Part shown: piece by piece, positions 28,688-38,384 of the stretch
Layout: each line of letters begins with the position of its first letter
How positions within the stretch are numbered: position 1 is the stretch's first letter
NCBI GenBank assembly: GCA_964649615.1
Contig: CAZYPW010000008.1
Span: 574 to 64,573 of the forward strand
Length of the DNA stretch: 64,000 nt
Direction of reading: 5' to 3'
From: an uncultured Gammaproteobacteria bacterium
Lineage (GTDB): Bacteria > Patescibacteriota > Microgenomatia > Daviesbacterales > UBA10151
The notes under the pieces: generated by a model
Told to the model about the DNA's origin: nothing
The model's input: only the letters and a program-made list of their open reading frames with translations
Database searches by the model: none
Program-made: the position numbers and the translations under genes

Positions 28688-29852
28688 TTTTTATATCCTC
28701 CTCAAATACTCTTTTAATATATTGGTGGATGGTTGTAAAGTCATCATCTTGAGAAATTAACACATAAGCTCCACCATAATCTTGGGATGAAGGATGAAAG
28801 AAGATGGAATCATCTAAAACTATAGAATGGGTTTGTTTTAAATCTTTGGTTAGTTTAAAAAACTCGGTAGCATCTTTTAAAGAAATGTCTGTATCTATGT
28901 TTTTGCCTAAAACTTGCAGTAAATCCCCTAATTTTTTAGGGTTAGTTAATGTCTCAACTGATAAAACTTTATCTCTAATTGCCTGGATGACTTTTTCCTG
29001 TCTTTTTGATCTGGCAAAATCTGATCCTTCTCCACTGGTACCATGCCTTGAGCGGACAAACTTTAAGGCAGTTTCTCCATCCATTAAGTTTAAACCTTTA
29101 TCAAAATAAAGATGCTCATATCTACAAGAAAAATATTTTGCTCCCTGGTCTTCTTGGGCAGAATCTGTAGCAATGCGCCCTTCTGGAGAAATAAACACTT
29201 TTCTTATGCCAGCTTCTATATTTAATGCTTTTGCCTCATCTTCTGAAAAATCTTTTTCTTCTTCTTTATAACCGCAAAGGTCATTTTCTTTGCCGGTAAT
29301 GGGGTAATTGTAATCATCAAAGGTTTTGGAAACCTCAACCTCTATCCCCCCCATAGCATCTATCGCTTCCACAAAACCATGAAAATCAATTCTTAAGCTA
29401 TATTGAATTGGCAAACCTATAACATTCCCTATTACAGTTTTGGCAAAACTTAAGCCGTTTCTGTCTTTTAAACCTGTTTGATAAACTGCATTTGTCTTAG
29501 ATTGTAAAGCAGGCAGCCAAAGATCTCGGGGAATAGAGATCAGATGCAGCTGTTTATTTTTTAAATCATAAGATCCTACTAAAATTGTATCTGTTAGGGT
29601 TGCTCCATCGTGTTTGCCTCCTGCCATGCCTAAAAGTAAAACATTAACCCTGCCTTCATCTGAGGCAAGGGAGGTACCTGTAATAATTAAATTGACAACA
29701 GGTGAAGAGCCAGAAAAGGTAGATAAAAAAATAGCCAAAAAAATCAGGGCTGAAATTACTAAACCAATGGGTAAAAATTTCCTTAAAATTTTTCTAAAAC
29801 GTTTAGTTTTAAGATTACTTTTTTCTCCTAATTCTAAATCTATCCTTCTCAC
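28656..29852 (-). CDS. LytR-CpsA-Psr (LCP) family cell-envelope phosphotransferase
   Basis: An N-terminal TM anchor precedes the motifs VLLLGMAGG...ATLTDTILVGS...ISIPRD...IDFHGFVEAIDAMGGIEVEV. Confidence 0.8.
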   Translation of the reverse strand: MRRIDLELGEKSNLKTKRFRKILRKFLPIGLVISALIFLAIFLSTFSGSSPVVNLIITGTSLASDEGRVNVLLLGMAGGKHDGATLTDTILVGSYDLKNKQLHLISIPRDLWLPALQSKTNAVYQTGLKDRNGLSFAKTVIGNVIGLPIQYSLRIDFHGFVEAIDAMGGIEVEVSKTFDDYNYPITGKENDLCGYKEEEKDFSEDEAKALNIEAGIRKVFISPEGRIATDSAQEDQGAKYFSCRYEHLYFDKGLNLMDGETALKFVRSRHGTSGEGSDFARSKRQEKVIQAIRDKVLSVETLTNPKKLGDLLQVLGKNIDTDISLKDATEFFKLTKDLKQTHSIVLDDSIFFHPSSQDYGGAYVLISQDDDFTTIHQYIKRVFEEDIKNAATSSARER

Positions 29853-29857
29853 AAATT

Positions 29858-30544
29858 CTACCTTTCACAAACCTCAATTATTTTAATAAACTCCTGCGGA
29901 TCTAAAGAAGCTTTCCCAATTAAAAATCCACTAATATTTACTTTTTCGATAAAACTTTTGGCATTGTCTGCATTAACACTTCCTCCATATAAAACTTCTA
30001 AATCTGGGCCTACTTTCTCCTTTAAAGCACCTGCTACATTATTAGCATTTTCTGGAGTATCAGGATTTCCACTGCCTATGGCAAAAACTGGCTCATAGGC
30101 TACTAGCTTACAACCTTCTGGTACTAGCGTTTCTAAATTTTGAACACAAACTAAAGGGATAATCTGATTATTTAAAGCCTCTGATGTTTTTTTACTAACC
30201 ACTTCATCTGATTCAAAGAAATTCTCTCTTCTTTCAGAATGCCCTAGAATTGCTAAATTAACCATTTGCCCTAAAAGCTCTGCAGCTTCCTCACCAGTAT
30301 ATGCACCAACTCCATAGGCTGATAAATCTTGAGCCCCCACAGCCATATTAAAGTTATTCACTTTTATTTCTTTGGCTACCTCAGAAAGGCAAGAAAAAGT
30401 TGGGCAAACTACCACATTTAAAGCATCACTTTGAGGCACTTTTGGTCCCACCTTAGATATCCAATCCAAAGCTTCACTAATAGTTTTATTACTTTTCCAA
30501 TTAGCAATAATCCAAATAGTTTTATTGTTTTCCCCACCATCCAT
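29858..30544 (-). CDS. tpiA: Triosephosphate isomerase
   Basis: IIANWKSN, GAQD, GHSERR, AYEPVFAIGSG and YGGSV motifs are all present. Confidence 0.85.
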   Translation of the reverse strand: MDGGENNKTIWIIANWKSNKTISEALDWISKVGPKVPQSDALNVVVCPTFSCLSEVAKEIKVNNFNMAVGAQDLSAYGVGAYTGEEAAELLGQMVNLAILGHSERRENFFESDEVVSKKTSEALNNQIIPLVCVQNLETLVPEGCKLVAYEPVFAIGSGNPDTPENANNVAGALKEKVGPDLEVLYGGSVNADNAKSFIEKVNISGFLIGKASLDPQEFIKIIEVCER

Positions 30545-30604
30545 ATTTTTTTAAGTCTATCATGAAACCAGAAGATACTTCCACACCTTCAGTTTTAAGG
30601 AGGT

Positions 30605-30862
30605 TCAATTTTGTAATAAGCTCAGTAAATCTTGTTTTGAAGTAACCCCAATTTTTCTGCCAACTTCTTTACCGTCTTTTTCAATAACATAAGTAGGGAT
30701 ACTCATTACCCCATATTTAGAAGATATTCCAGGTTTTTCATCCACATTAATCCTTTCAATTTCAATCTTACCCTCAAGCTCTTTTTCTATCTCATCGATA
30801 ATAGGGTTCATAATCTTACATGGACCACACCAAGGGGCCCAGAAATCTAAAAGCTTAACCAT
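30605..30862 (-). CDS. trxA: Thioredoxin
   Basis: The WCGPC active site is present in an 85-aa protein. Confidence 0.9.
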   Translation of the reverse strand: MVKLLDFWAPWCGPCKIMNPIIDEIEKELEGKIEIERINVDEKPGISSKYGVMSIPTYVIEKDGKEVGRKIGVTSKQDLLSLLQN

Positions 30863-30920
30863 AGACGAGTATCATAGCACAACAATTTCATTTAGAAAAT
30901 ATGTTAATATATGCTCCGTT

Positions 30921-32822
30921 ATGCCCTCTACTTCGACTACTCTCAGTACTAATAGTCTTCTGGATGATCTAAACCCACAGCAACAATTAGCAGTAAAACA
31001 AATTGAAGGGCCTGTTTTAATCTTGGCTGGAGCAGGATCTGGTAAAACCAGAGCTTTAACTTATCGTGTGGCTTATTTAATTAAAGAAAAAAAAGTTGCT
31101 CCGGAAAATATCCTGGTAATGACTTTTACAAATAAGGCCGCTGGTGAAATGATTGACCGAATTCTCAAACTCCTCAACTACAACCTACAACCTATAACCT
31201 ATAACCTACCCATGATGGGCACTTTTCATTCTTTTTGCGCCAGAGTCTTAAGGCGTGATGGCAAAGAACTAGGACTGCCCCCAGGATTTGCTATCTACGA
31301 TGAGTCTGATGCGCTAGATGCTATCAAAGAAGCAATGGGAAATCTTAATATTCCTACCCAAAAAACTTCTCCCTCTGCTGTCAGAAATACTATCTCTTCT
31401 GCAAAAAATGAGCTGATCTCTTCTTTGGAGTATCCAAGATATGCCAGAGGTTATTTTCAGGGAATAGTGGCCAAAATATATCTTGAATATCAAAAGATTT
31501 TAGAGAAAAATTATGCTTTGGATTTTGATGATCTATTGCTTTATACTATCAAACTTTTCCAAACATCTCCTGCTATCTTAACCCGTTATCAAATTAAGTT
31601 CCAATATATCTTAATAGATGAATATCAAGATACAAACCCTGCTCAATATTTAATTTCTAAGTATTTGGCAAACCGCCATAAAAATATTTGTGTAGTTGGG
31701 GATGCTGCACAATCGATTTACTCATTTCGGGGAGCAGATTTTAGAAATATTGTTAATTTTGAAAAAGACTATTCGAATTGCAAAATTTTTAATCTGGAAC
31801 AAAACTACAGATCTACTCAAAATATTTTAGATGCAGCTACTTCTGTTATTTCTAAAAATAAATCTCATCCTATTTTGAAGCTCTGGACAGAAAAAAAGCA
31901 GGGAGAAAAAATAGAAATAGTGGAAGTTAGAAATGAGGTTGAAGAGGCCTTATTTATCATTAACCACCTCCGAGGTGAAAAAATGCGCTTACACCTCGGA
32001 GGTGTAGCCGTACTTTATAGAACAAATGCCCAATCCAGATCTTTGGAAGAACAATTTTTAAAATCAGGCGTGCCTTATAAATTAGTCGGCGGGGTAAGTT
32101 TTTATCAAAGAAAAGAAATTAAAGATGTGCTTTCGTACTTGCGGCTTATGCAAAATCCTAAGGACTCAGTTTCTATAAAAAGAGCAGAAAAGATTGGCAA
32201 AGGCAGGCTGGCAAAACTAATGGAACTTTATGCAGAAATATCTGTAAATTTGGATCAATATTCTACCTTAGAACTGTTGGACAAAATTTTAGAAAAAACA
32301 GGTTATTTAGCTTACCTTGATGATAGCACAGAGGAGGGAAAAGGAAGAGTGGAAAATGTTAAGGAGCTAAGATCTGTAGCTGAGGAATTTCCTAATTTGG
32401 TAGACTTTTTAGAAAACGTGGCTTTAGTAGAAAATGGATCTAATCCCCGTAAAAAAGAGGACCAGGATGCAGTCACTTTAATGACTCTGCATTCTGCTAA
32501 AGGATTAGAATTTCCTACTATTTTTATAGTAGGCATGGAGGAAGGATTATTCCCACACTCCAGAGCAATGCTTGATATGAACGAGCTAGAGGAGGAAAGA
32601 AGGCTTTGTTATGTAGGTATCACCCGTGCTAAAGAAAAATTATTTTTAACTTATACTAGAAACAGGCTTTATTTTGGCCAAAGAAGTAATAATTTAGTCT
32701 CTCGCTTTTTAGCAGATATACCAGAGCAATTAATTATCTCCAATAGCAAATTCCAAGATCAGGATCAATTTCTAGATGATGTCAGTACTAGTTATGATAG
32801 TGAAGATTGGCTAAAGGTTTAA
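30921..32822 (+). CDS. pcrA: UvrD/PcrA-family ATP-dependent DNA helicase
   Basis: Walker A AGAGSGKTRAL, DEYQDTN, and the later helicase motifs including VGITRAK are present. Confidence 0.85.
   Translation: MPSTSTTLSTNSLLDDLNPQQQLAVKQIEGPVLILAGAGSGKTRALTYRVAYLIKEKKVAPENILVMTFTNKAAGEMIDRILKLLNYNLQPITYNLPMMGTFHSFCARVLRRDGKELGLPPGFAIYDESDALDAIKEAMGNLNIPTQKTSPSAVRNTISSAKNELISSLEYPRYARGYFQGIVAKIYLEYQKILEKNYALDFDDLLLYTIKLFQTSPAILTRYQIKFQYILIDEYQDTNPAQYLISKYLANRHKNICVVGDAAQSIYSFRGADFRNIVNFEKDYSNCKIFNLEQNYRSTQNILDAATSVISKNKSHPILKLWTEKKQGEKIEIVEVRNEVEEALFIINHLRGEKMRLHLGGVAVLYRTNAQSRSLEEQFLKSGVPYKLVGGVSFYQRKEIKDVLSYLRLMQNPKDSVSIKRAEKIGKGRLAKLMELYAEISVNLDQYSTLELLDKILEKTGYLAYLDDSTEEGKGRVENVKELRSVAEEFPNLVDFLENVALVENGSNPRKKEDQDAVTLMTLHSAKGLEFPTIFIVGMEEGLFPHSRAMLDMNELEEERRLCYVGITRAKEKLFLTYTRNRLYFGQRSNNLVSRFLADIPEQLIISNSKFQDQDQFLDDVSTSYDSEDWLKV
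31179..31213. repeat. Heptamer tandem array (ctacaac x2, ctataac x2, ctaccca) inside the pcrA-like gene
   Basis: Seen in sequence. It encodes the LNYNLQPITYNLP insertion between helicase motifs I and Ia. Confidence 0.7.
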
Positions 32823-33562
32823 TGGAAAGATACTTAGGCATTATCTTAATAATTATTATGACTCTTTTTGCCAAAAACTTTTGGCATAATCCTGCAGTAT
32901 TAGGTGAAAGCTCTCCCTCCCCCACAGAAACTTTGCCAATTAACCAACCAGTCACTACTGAATCTTCTTTTACAGAAAAGTTAGAGGAAGAAACAGAAAT
33001 TTTAGCTAAAAAAACAATTTATCAAGATGACCCGGAAACAGAAGCCGGAGAAGAAAAGGTTTTGGAAGAAGGGGGAGATGGCAAAAGAGTCAGGATTATA
33101 AAAATTACTTATATAAAACCAGCAAACACCTCGGGGGTGGGCCTTGACTCCTTCGAGGTAAGCCAAAATGAGGAGTACTCAAGAGAAATAGTATCTTCTG
33201 AAACTACTCCTCCAAAAGATAAAAAGATTTTACGGGGAACTAAAATTGTCTGGAAAACTTTGGATACTCCTGATGGAGAGATTAGATACTGGAAAAAGAT
33301 GAGGGTTTATGCTACCCATTATGATTCACACTGTTTGGGTTGTAATGAATGGACAGCTATTGGGATGAGAGCAGGCAAAGGGGTTATTGCTGTTGATCCA
33401 AAGGTAATCCCTTTAAGAAGTAAAGTTTATGTACCGGAATACGGTACAGCAGTTGCCGGAGATACAGGAGGAGCAATAAAAGGAAATATCATTGACTTAG
33501 GATTTGATGATGCCAGAATAGCAGGCTGGACAGCCAGATTTGTAGATATCTATCTACTTTGA
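32807..33562 (+). CDS. Membrane-anchored G5-domain and 3D-domain protein (YabE/Rpf-like cell-wall-active)
   Basis: The G5-like region KVLEEGGDGKRVRIIKITY is followed by a 3D domain reading GTAVAGDTGGAIKGNIIDLGFDD. Confidence 0.65.
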   Translation: MAKGLMERYLGIILIIIMTLFAKNFWHNPAVLGESSPSPTETLPINQPVTTESSFTEKLEEETEILAKKTIYQDDPETEAGEEKVLEEGGDGKRVRIIKITYIKPANTSGVGLDSFEVSQNEEYSREIVSSETTPPKDKKILRGTKIVWKTLDTPDGEIRYWKKMRVYATHYDSHCLGCNEWTAIGMRAGKGVIAVDPKVIPLRSKVYVPEYGTAVAGDTGGAIKGNIIDLGFDDARIAGWTARFVDIYLL

Positions 33563-33607
33563 ACTTCCCTATTGTAAAAAGATAAAAAATTCTGTTAATA
33601 TCTGGCA

Positions 33608-34267
33608 ATGCCGAAAAAAGTTAAATCAGTAAAAATAACTGCTAATCCAATTAACAGTAGTACCAATTTTTTAATGGCTTTACCTGAAAGGATAATTTCC
33701 TACCGCCCTTCTAAAAAAGTTTCTTTGATTCTTTTGGCTGCTGGTATTTTACTGTTAGCCGTTTTTAAAAAAGAGTGGTTTATTGCAGCAACTGTTAATG
33801 GATCCCTAATCACTAATTTAGAAGTACAAATGAAATTAAACCAGCAATTTAAAAATCAGATTTTAACTCAACTGATCAATGAAAAATTAATTTTATCTGA
33901 GGCTGCAAAGATGGGGACTTTACCATCTGATGCTGAAATAGATGCTAAAGTAGCAGAGGTAGAAGCAAGATTAGGAGGAACAGAAACTCTTAATTCCCTG
34001 CTCGCCCAACAAAATGCCTCCAAAGAAACTTTTAGAAACCAGTTAAAATTAGAGTTAGCAATTACCAAACTATATGAAAAAGAAGCTACATTTTCTGCAG
34101 AAGAGCTACAAAAATTTATGGAAGATAATAAAAATGTCTTACAATCAACAGATTCTGCTTCTTTACAAAAAGAAGCATCAGATATGTTAAGGCAACAAAA
34201 ACTTTCCCAAATCTTTAACCAAAAATTTCAAGAACTTAAAGAAAAAGCAAATATTCAGATTTTTTAG
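33608..34267 (+). CDS. SurA-N/PpiD-like periplasmic chaperone domain protein without a PPIase domain
   Basis: A TM anchor precedes IAATVNGSLITNLEV..., typical of the SurA_N / PrsA N-terminus. Confidence 0.5.
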   Translation: MPKKVKSVKITANPINSSTNFLMALPERIISYRPSKKVSLILLAAGILLLAVFKKEWFIAATVNGSLITNLEVQMKLNQQFKNQILTQLINEKLILSEAAKMGTLPSDAEIDAKVAEVEARLGGTETLNSLLAQQNASKETFRNQLKLELAITKLYEKEATFSAEELQKFMEDNKNVLQSTDSASLQKEASDMLRQQKLSQIFNQKFQELKEKANIQIF

Positions 34268-34279
34268 TACAATGGTCGA

Positions 34280-35287
34280 ATGGATTTACGGCCAATTACT
34301 GACAAACAAAAATCCCAATATAACAAACTGGTTACCCATGTTATCCAGTCCTGGGAATGGGGGAAATTTCGCAAAAGTTTGGGGATACCAGTTGTAAGAT
34401 ATGGATTATACAAAAATGACAAATTATCAAAAGCATTCCAGCTAACCTTACACAAAATTCCATTCACAGACAAATTTGTAGGTTACCTGCCAAAAGGCCC
34501 GTTCCCGAATAAAGATTTGGCAGGGACTCTTGAAAAAATTGGCAAAGAATATCATTGTGCTTTTATAAAACTTGAACCGAATGTAGAGGTTACAGGTAAT
34601 AGGTTACAGGTTACAGGAAACCTCATTAAATCTCCTAAACCACTTTTTACAAAATACAACTTCGTACTAGATCTGACAAAATCCGAGGAGGAACTTTTAA
34701 AAAATATGCACCCTAAAACCAGATACAATATTAAAGTAGCTCAAAAACATGGAGTTAAAGTAGAAGAAAGAGTAGATGATGAAGCTTTCAAAATTTATTT
34801 AAAATTATATTTTGAGACAACTAAACGCCAGGGTTATCATGGCCATAATGAAAACTACCACAGAAAAGTTTGGGAAACTTTGAAAAAAGAAAATATGGCT
34901 ACCTTATTAATAGCCACCCTAAAAAGTGCGCCTCTAACTGCCTGGATGCTGCTCAAATTTAGGGATACTCTATACTATCCATACGGTGGTTCATCGCTTG
35001 CCCATAGAGAAGCTATGGCCAATAATTTAGTAGCCTGGGAGGCTATAAAATTAGGCAAAAAAATGGGCCTTAAAAAATTTGATATGTGGGGAGCATTGAG
35101 TTCTGATGCCAACCCTCAAGATCCCTGGTTCGGATTCCATAAATTCAAACAAGGTTATGGTGGAAAATTAGTTGAGTATATCGGCACATATGATTTAGTT
35201 TTCAACTGGCCAATTTACATCTTGTTTACAGCTATTGACAAATTGACTCCTTTAAAAATTGCCCTCCTGAAATTGCTAAAAAAGTAA
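34280..35287 (+). CDS. FemAB-family peptidoglycan interpeptide-bridge aminoacyltransferase
   Basis: A FemX/MurM-like GNAT-pair architecture of about 335 aa with conserved ...KTRYNIK...KRQGYHG... regions. Confidence 0.7.
   Translation: MDLRPITDKQKSQYNKLVTHVIQSWEWGKFRKSLGIPVVRYGLYKNDKLSKAFQLTLHKIPFTDKFVGYLPKGPFPNKDLAGTLEKIGKEYHCAFIKLEPNVEVTGNRLQVTGNLIKSPKPLFTKYNFVLDLTKSEEELLKNMHPKTRYNIKVAQKHGVKVEERVDDEAFKIYLKLYFETTKRQGYHGHNENYHRKVWETLKKENMATLLIATLKSAPLTAWMLLKFRDTLYYPYGGSSLAHREAMANNLVAWEAIKLGKKMGLKKFDMWGALSSDANPQDPWFGFHKFKQGYGGKLVEYIGTYDLVFNWPIYILFTAIDKLTPLKIALLKLLKK
34583..34617. repeat. Heptamer tandem array (gtagagg/ttacagg/taatagg/ttacagg/ttacagg) inside the femAB-family gene
   Basis: Seen in sequence. 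It encodes VEVTGNRLQVTGNL. It is the same TTRYAGG unit family as the pcrA array, in the opposite orientation. Confidence 0.7.
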
Positions 35288-35701
35288 ATCACGAGCCACC
35301 TTATAACCCTTATTCTTATAAAACTCATCAAAAGACAAAATAATACCTGCTTTATGCTGCTTTGCCAGTGCCAAAATCAAACAATCAAAGGGGGTATGGT
35401 GTTTAGAGGCTAATGCGTCAAAGTAGCTGACTGAATTCATAAAATCTTCCTGGGAAACAGCTATTACCAATAGATTAGGGTCCGTATATTGTTGTAACAA
35501 TTCATTAGTAAGCTGGGGGTTGTTGTAACGCCTTTGAATAGTTGTGGCAGCTTCAACCAAAGCAGAAACAGGAAATAATACCTTTGCTCCACTCTCAATC
35601 AACTTCTGTGCTATTTTTAGTGCATAAATGTGGTTGGAATCATTTTCCATCATCTGGGAGATTAAAAAATCAGCATCACAGACACAAACCTGATTATCCA
35701 T
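35276..35701 (-). CDS. vapC: PIN-domain toxin VapC
   Basis: PIN acidic residues lie in VCDADFLIS, ...PFDCLILALA and ILSFD. It overlaps the upstream antitoxin gene. Confidence 0.75.
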   Translation of the reverse strand: MDNQVCVCDADFLISQMMENDSNHIYALKIAQKLIESGAKVLFPVSALVEAATTIQRRYNNPQLTNELLQQYTDPNLLVIAVSQEDFMNSVSYFDALASKHHTPFDCLILALAKQHKAGIILSFDEFYKNKGYKVARDLLF

Positions 35702-35971
35702 TTTTATTGCCCTGACCCTGCCACATCTTATCTATCTCTTCTAAAGCACTACTCTTTGGCAATTTGCCAGTTTGATATTTTTTACCCAACTCAGCTAGTT
35801 TAAGCAAAGACTTTGCAGAGGCATTTTTTTGAGAGCTGGCAGTCTCCAAACCTGCTTCAAGGGCGGCTCTTATGACTTCGGCCTGGCTAGTGCCCTCGCT
35901 ATCAGCAACCTTTTTTATCCTCTCTTTTATGTACGCTGGTATATACATCATGGTCTTTTGCATTTGCATAA
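35694..35971 (-). CDS. vapB: Ribbon-helix-helix (CopG/VapB-type) antitoxin
   Basis: The RHH fold reads IPAYIKERIKKVADSEGTSQAEVIRAALEAGL. The track start at 35990 lies inside the promoter, so the likely start is the ATG at 35971 (MQMQKT). Confidence 0.7.
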
Positions 35972-35978
35972 TATAATC

Positions 35979-36018
35979 ATTATACCACAAATACCATATA
36001 TGTCAAGTATATATGGTA
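35979..36018 (-). promoter_or_regulatory. vapBC promoter with a palindromic operator over the -35 box
   Basis: On the minus strand a TTGACA is followed by a 16-nt spacer and TATAAT, then 9 nt to the ATG (near-leaderless). A 10-bp inverted repeat taccatatat-N7-atatatggta (35992-36018) brackets the -35. Confidence 0.5.
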
Positions 36019-36026
36019 AATCAGCT

Positions 36027-36048
36027 CAATTTTGACTGAAATCTTACA
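36027..36048. repeat. Direct repeat copy 1 (aattttgactgaaatcttaca) upstream of fic
   Basis: It is identical over 21 bp to 37134-37154 and contains a TTGACT -35-like hexamer. Confidence 0.7.
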
Positions 36049-36087
36049 AAGTACACTATTTTATACTACACTAATGCCCATATACAC

Positions 36088-36116
36088 TTGACATGTAGTG
36101 TTAAGTAGTATAAGAT
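36088..36116 (+). promoter_or_regulatory. Putative fic promoter
   Basis: TTGACA-N17-TAAGAT sits 6 nt upstream of the fic ATG (leaderless-type). Confidence 0.35.
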
Positions 36117-36122
36117 AGCCTT

Positions 36123-37064
36123 ATGGATAACAAATTACAGCTACTTACTAGGAAAAAACAAAAACTAGACACTTTCAGACCATTACCGCCAGAACTGGTT
36201 AAAAATCTTGATGACTGGTTTAAGGTTGAGTTGACCTATACCTCTAATGCCATAGAAGGGAACACCCTTACGAGGGCAGAGACAGCCTTGGTAGTGGAAA
36301 AGGGTCTTACAGTTCAGGGCAAAAGTTTAACAGAACATTTAGAGGCTACTAATCATGCCGAGGCATTAGATTATGTAAAAACACTAGTTGGTAAGAATAG
36401 ACAAGACATAACTGAAAACGACATTTTTGAGATACACAAACTAATCCTAAATAAAATTGAGGCAGAAAATGCTGGAAGATATAGGACACAACATGCAAGG
36501 TTTACGCAGTCAGATGTGGTTTTACCAAACCCTGTTAAAATCCCAGACCTGATGCAAGAGTTTATGGTTTGGTTAAAGGGTCGAAACTTAGACCATATAG
36601 TTAAAATTGCTGCCGATGCCCATTATAGGTTAGTCAGTATCCATCCTTTCTCGGATGGTAATGGTAGAACTTCACGCCTCTTAATGAATTTACTTTTAAT
36701 GCAACAGGGATACCCACCAGCCATCATCCGTAAAGAAGACAGGTTAGCTTACATAAACTCTTTAGAAAAGGCTCAAAAAGGGAATGGCTTGGATGATTTC
36801 TACAACCTTGTCTATGAGGCAGTTGACCGTTCATTGGATATTTACCTTGAGGCGATTGAGCCTGAGAGGATAAGTGTGGCTGAACCAAGTCCCAAGCAAC
36901 TTTTCTATACCACAGAGGAAGTGGCAAAGTTACTTCAGGTAGACCCAGAAAGTGTCAGGCGTTATGTTAGAAGTGGAAAATTAAGGGCAGTCAGGTTAGG
37001 CGGCAAATTTATCAGAATAGACAGAGCGGACTTAAATAATTTTATAGAGGAACTTAAAAGATAA
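36123..37064 (+). CDS. fic: Fic/Doc-family AMPylase fused to a C-terminal excisionase/MerR-type HTH domain
   Basis: The Fic motif is HPFSDGNGRTSR. The C-terminal HTH reads LFYTTEEVAKLLQVDPESVRRYVRSGKLRAVRLGGKFIRI. Confidence 0.85.
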   Translation: MDNKLQLLTRKKQKLDTFRPLPPELVKNLDDWFKVELTYTSNAIEGNTLTRAETALVVEKGLTVQGKSLTEHLEATNHAEALDYVKTLVGKNRQDITENDIFEIHKLILNKIEAENAGRYRTQHARFTQSDVVLPNPVKIPDLMQEFMVWLKGRNLDHIVKIAADAHYRLVSIHPFSDGNGRTSRLLMNLLLMQQGYPPAIIRKEDRLAYINSLEKAQKGNGLDDFYNLVYEAVDRSLDIYLEAIEPERISVAEPSPKQLFYTTEEVAKLLQVDPESVRRYVRSGKLRAVRLGGKFIRIDRADLNNFIEELKR

Positions 37065-37131
37065 AAGTGTGGTTTAATTAAATAAAACCATATTTTTCAA
37101 TCATTTAGCCTCAAAACATTGAAAAATACCT

Positions 37132-37166
37132 CAAATTTTGACTGAAATCTTACAGCACGTTATAAT
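37132..37166 (+). promoter_or_regulatory. Direct repeat copy 2 forming a consensus sigma70-type promoter for the downstream methyltransferase
   Basis: TTGACT-gaaatcttacagcacgt (17 nt)-TATAAT. The repeat core lies at 37134-37154. Confidence 0.55.
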
Positions 37167-37202
37167 CAACCAAATTTTTAATCAAATCTTTCAATACACA
37201 TA

Positions 37203-37760
37203 ATGGATATAACTCTTATAATTTCCAGTGGAATTTTACTTGGCTGCCTCCTTGCTCTTTCCTGGTTTGCCGGATCCGATGCCCCATATGTTCCAACTAA
37301 AATGGATTATATAAGAAAAATTTTGAAATTCGCCGGGGTTAAAAAAGGCAGAAAATTTTATGAATTAGGATCCGGTGATGGAAGGGTAGTTATAGCAGCT
37401 GCAAAACTGGGGGCTCACTCTATTGGAATAGAGCAGTCTTGGATTCGCGTATTATATTCAAAATATAAATCCAGCAAACTAGCTTCCCACTCGTCAAGTG
37501 GGAACGTAGATTTTTATCATGGAAATATTTTTAAAAAATCATACCAGGATGCAGATATTGTTTATATTTATTTACTCAACAAGGGTGTTAATAAATTGGA
37601 AGAAAAGTTAAGAAAAGAATTAAAAAAAGGGAGCATCGTAATCATCCAAACTTACCATTTTCCAAATTGGAAACCGTTTAAACAAATAGATCTTTCCAAA
37701 GAAATTGATTTTTCCAAAGATATTCAAGGGGCTGGAAACTTTTGGCTGTATCGAGTTTAA
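37203..37760 (+). CDS. Class I SAM-dependent methyltransferase with an N-terminal membrane anchor
   Basis: Motif I is ELGSGDGRVVIAAAKLG. An N-terminal TM helix is present. Confidence 0.6.
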   Translation: MDITLIISSGILLGCLLALSWFAGSDAPYVPTKMDYIRKILKFAGVKKGRKFYELGSGDGRVVIAAAKLGAHSIGIEQSWIRVLYSKYKSSKLASHSSSGNVDFYHGNIFKKSYQDADIVYIYLLNKGVNKLEEKLRKELKKGSIVIIQTYHFPNWKPFKQIDLSKEIDFSKDIQGAGNFWLYRV

Positions 37761-38371
37761 AAGCCTAATTTTTCATTAACTAAAATTAAAGTTAATCTTC
37801 CCGGAATTTTTTCTTTATTTATTATTAACAGTTTGCTGACTCCACTTTCAACACCATATGCTTTTTTAGCTCTTTCATTCTCTAACGGCAAAACATATTC
37901 ATAAATTCTCTTGATACCTTCATCAGTATTTTTAACAATTTTTTGTGCTCCTACCACCCAAATTACATTTAATGCTGCATATGCATAAGCTGGTAATTGG
38001 CTTCCAGAATTGGAGGCAATTAAGACTTGTCCTTCTTCTGTCACCGCATGAACACTGCCTATTGCATATTGGGACGCTGCTCCCAGTTTATTCATTTCCT
38101 GAGCTTGAGTCTGCTGATTCATGGCATAAAGCTTATCTCTAACCGGCTTAAATTTGCCATCTTTTTTATTTATCTCTTCAGATAAACCAATAGTATCTAA
38201 AGTGACTGAGGTCATCGTCATTATTTCAGCACCCTCTGGTAAAAGCTTAAGCACCATTTCTTTTGCTTGATTACCATTCTCTGCATATTTAGCATCTATC
38301 CCATTTGCCTTCAAAGCTGCAATTGTTTTATCTAAAATAGCTTTATCTGCCAGTTGATTCCATTTATCCAT
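37757..38371 (-). CDS. LUD-domain protein (LutC/YkgG-like)
   Basis: The LUD family region IGSVHAVTEEGQVLIASNSGSQL matches. Confidence 0.55.
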   Translation of the reverse strand: MDKWNQLADKAILDKTIAALKANGIDAKYAENGNQAKEMVLKLLPEGAEIMTMTSVTLDTIGLSEEINKKDGKFKPVRDKLYAMNQQTQAQEMNKLGAASQYAIGSVHAVTEEGQVLIASNSGSQLPAYAYAALNVIWVVGAQKIVKNTDEGIKRIYEYVLPLENERAKKAYGVESGVSKLLIINKEKIPGRLTLILVNEKLGF

Positions 38372-38384
38372 AGGAGATCAGATA

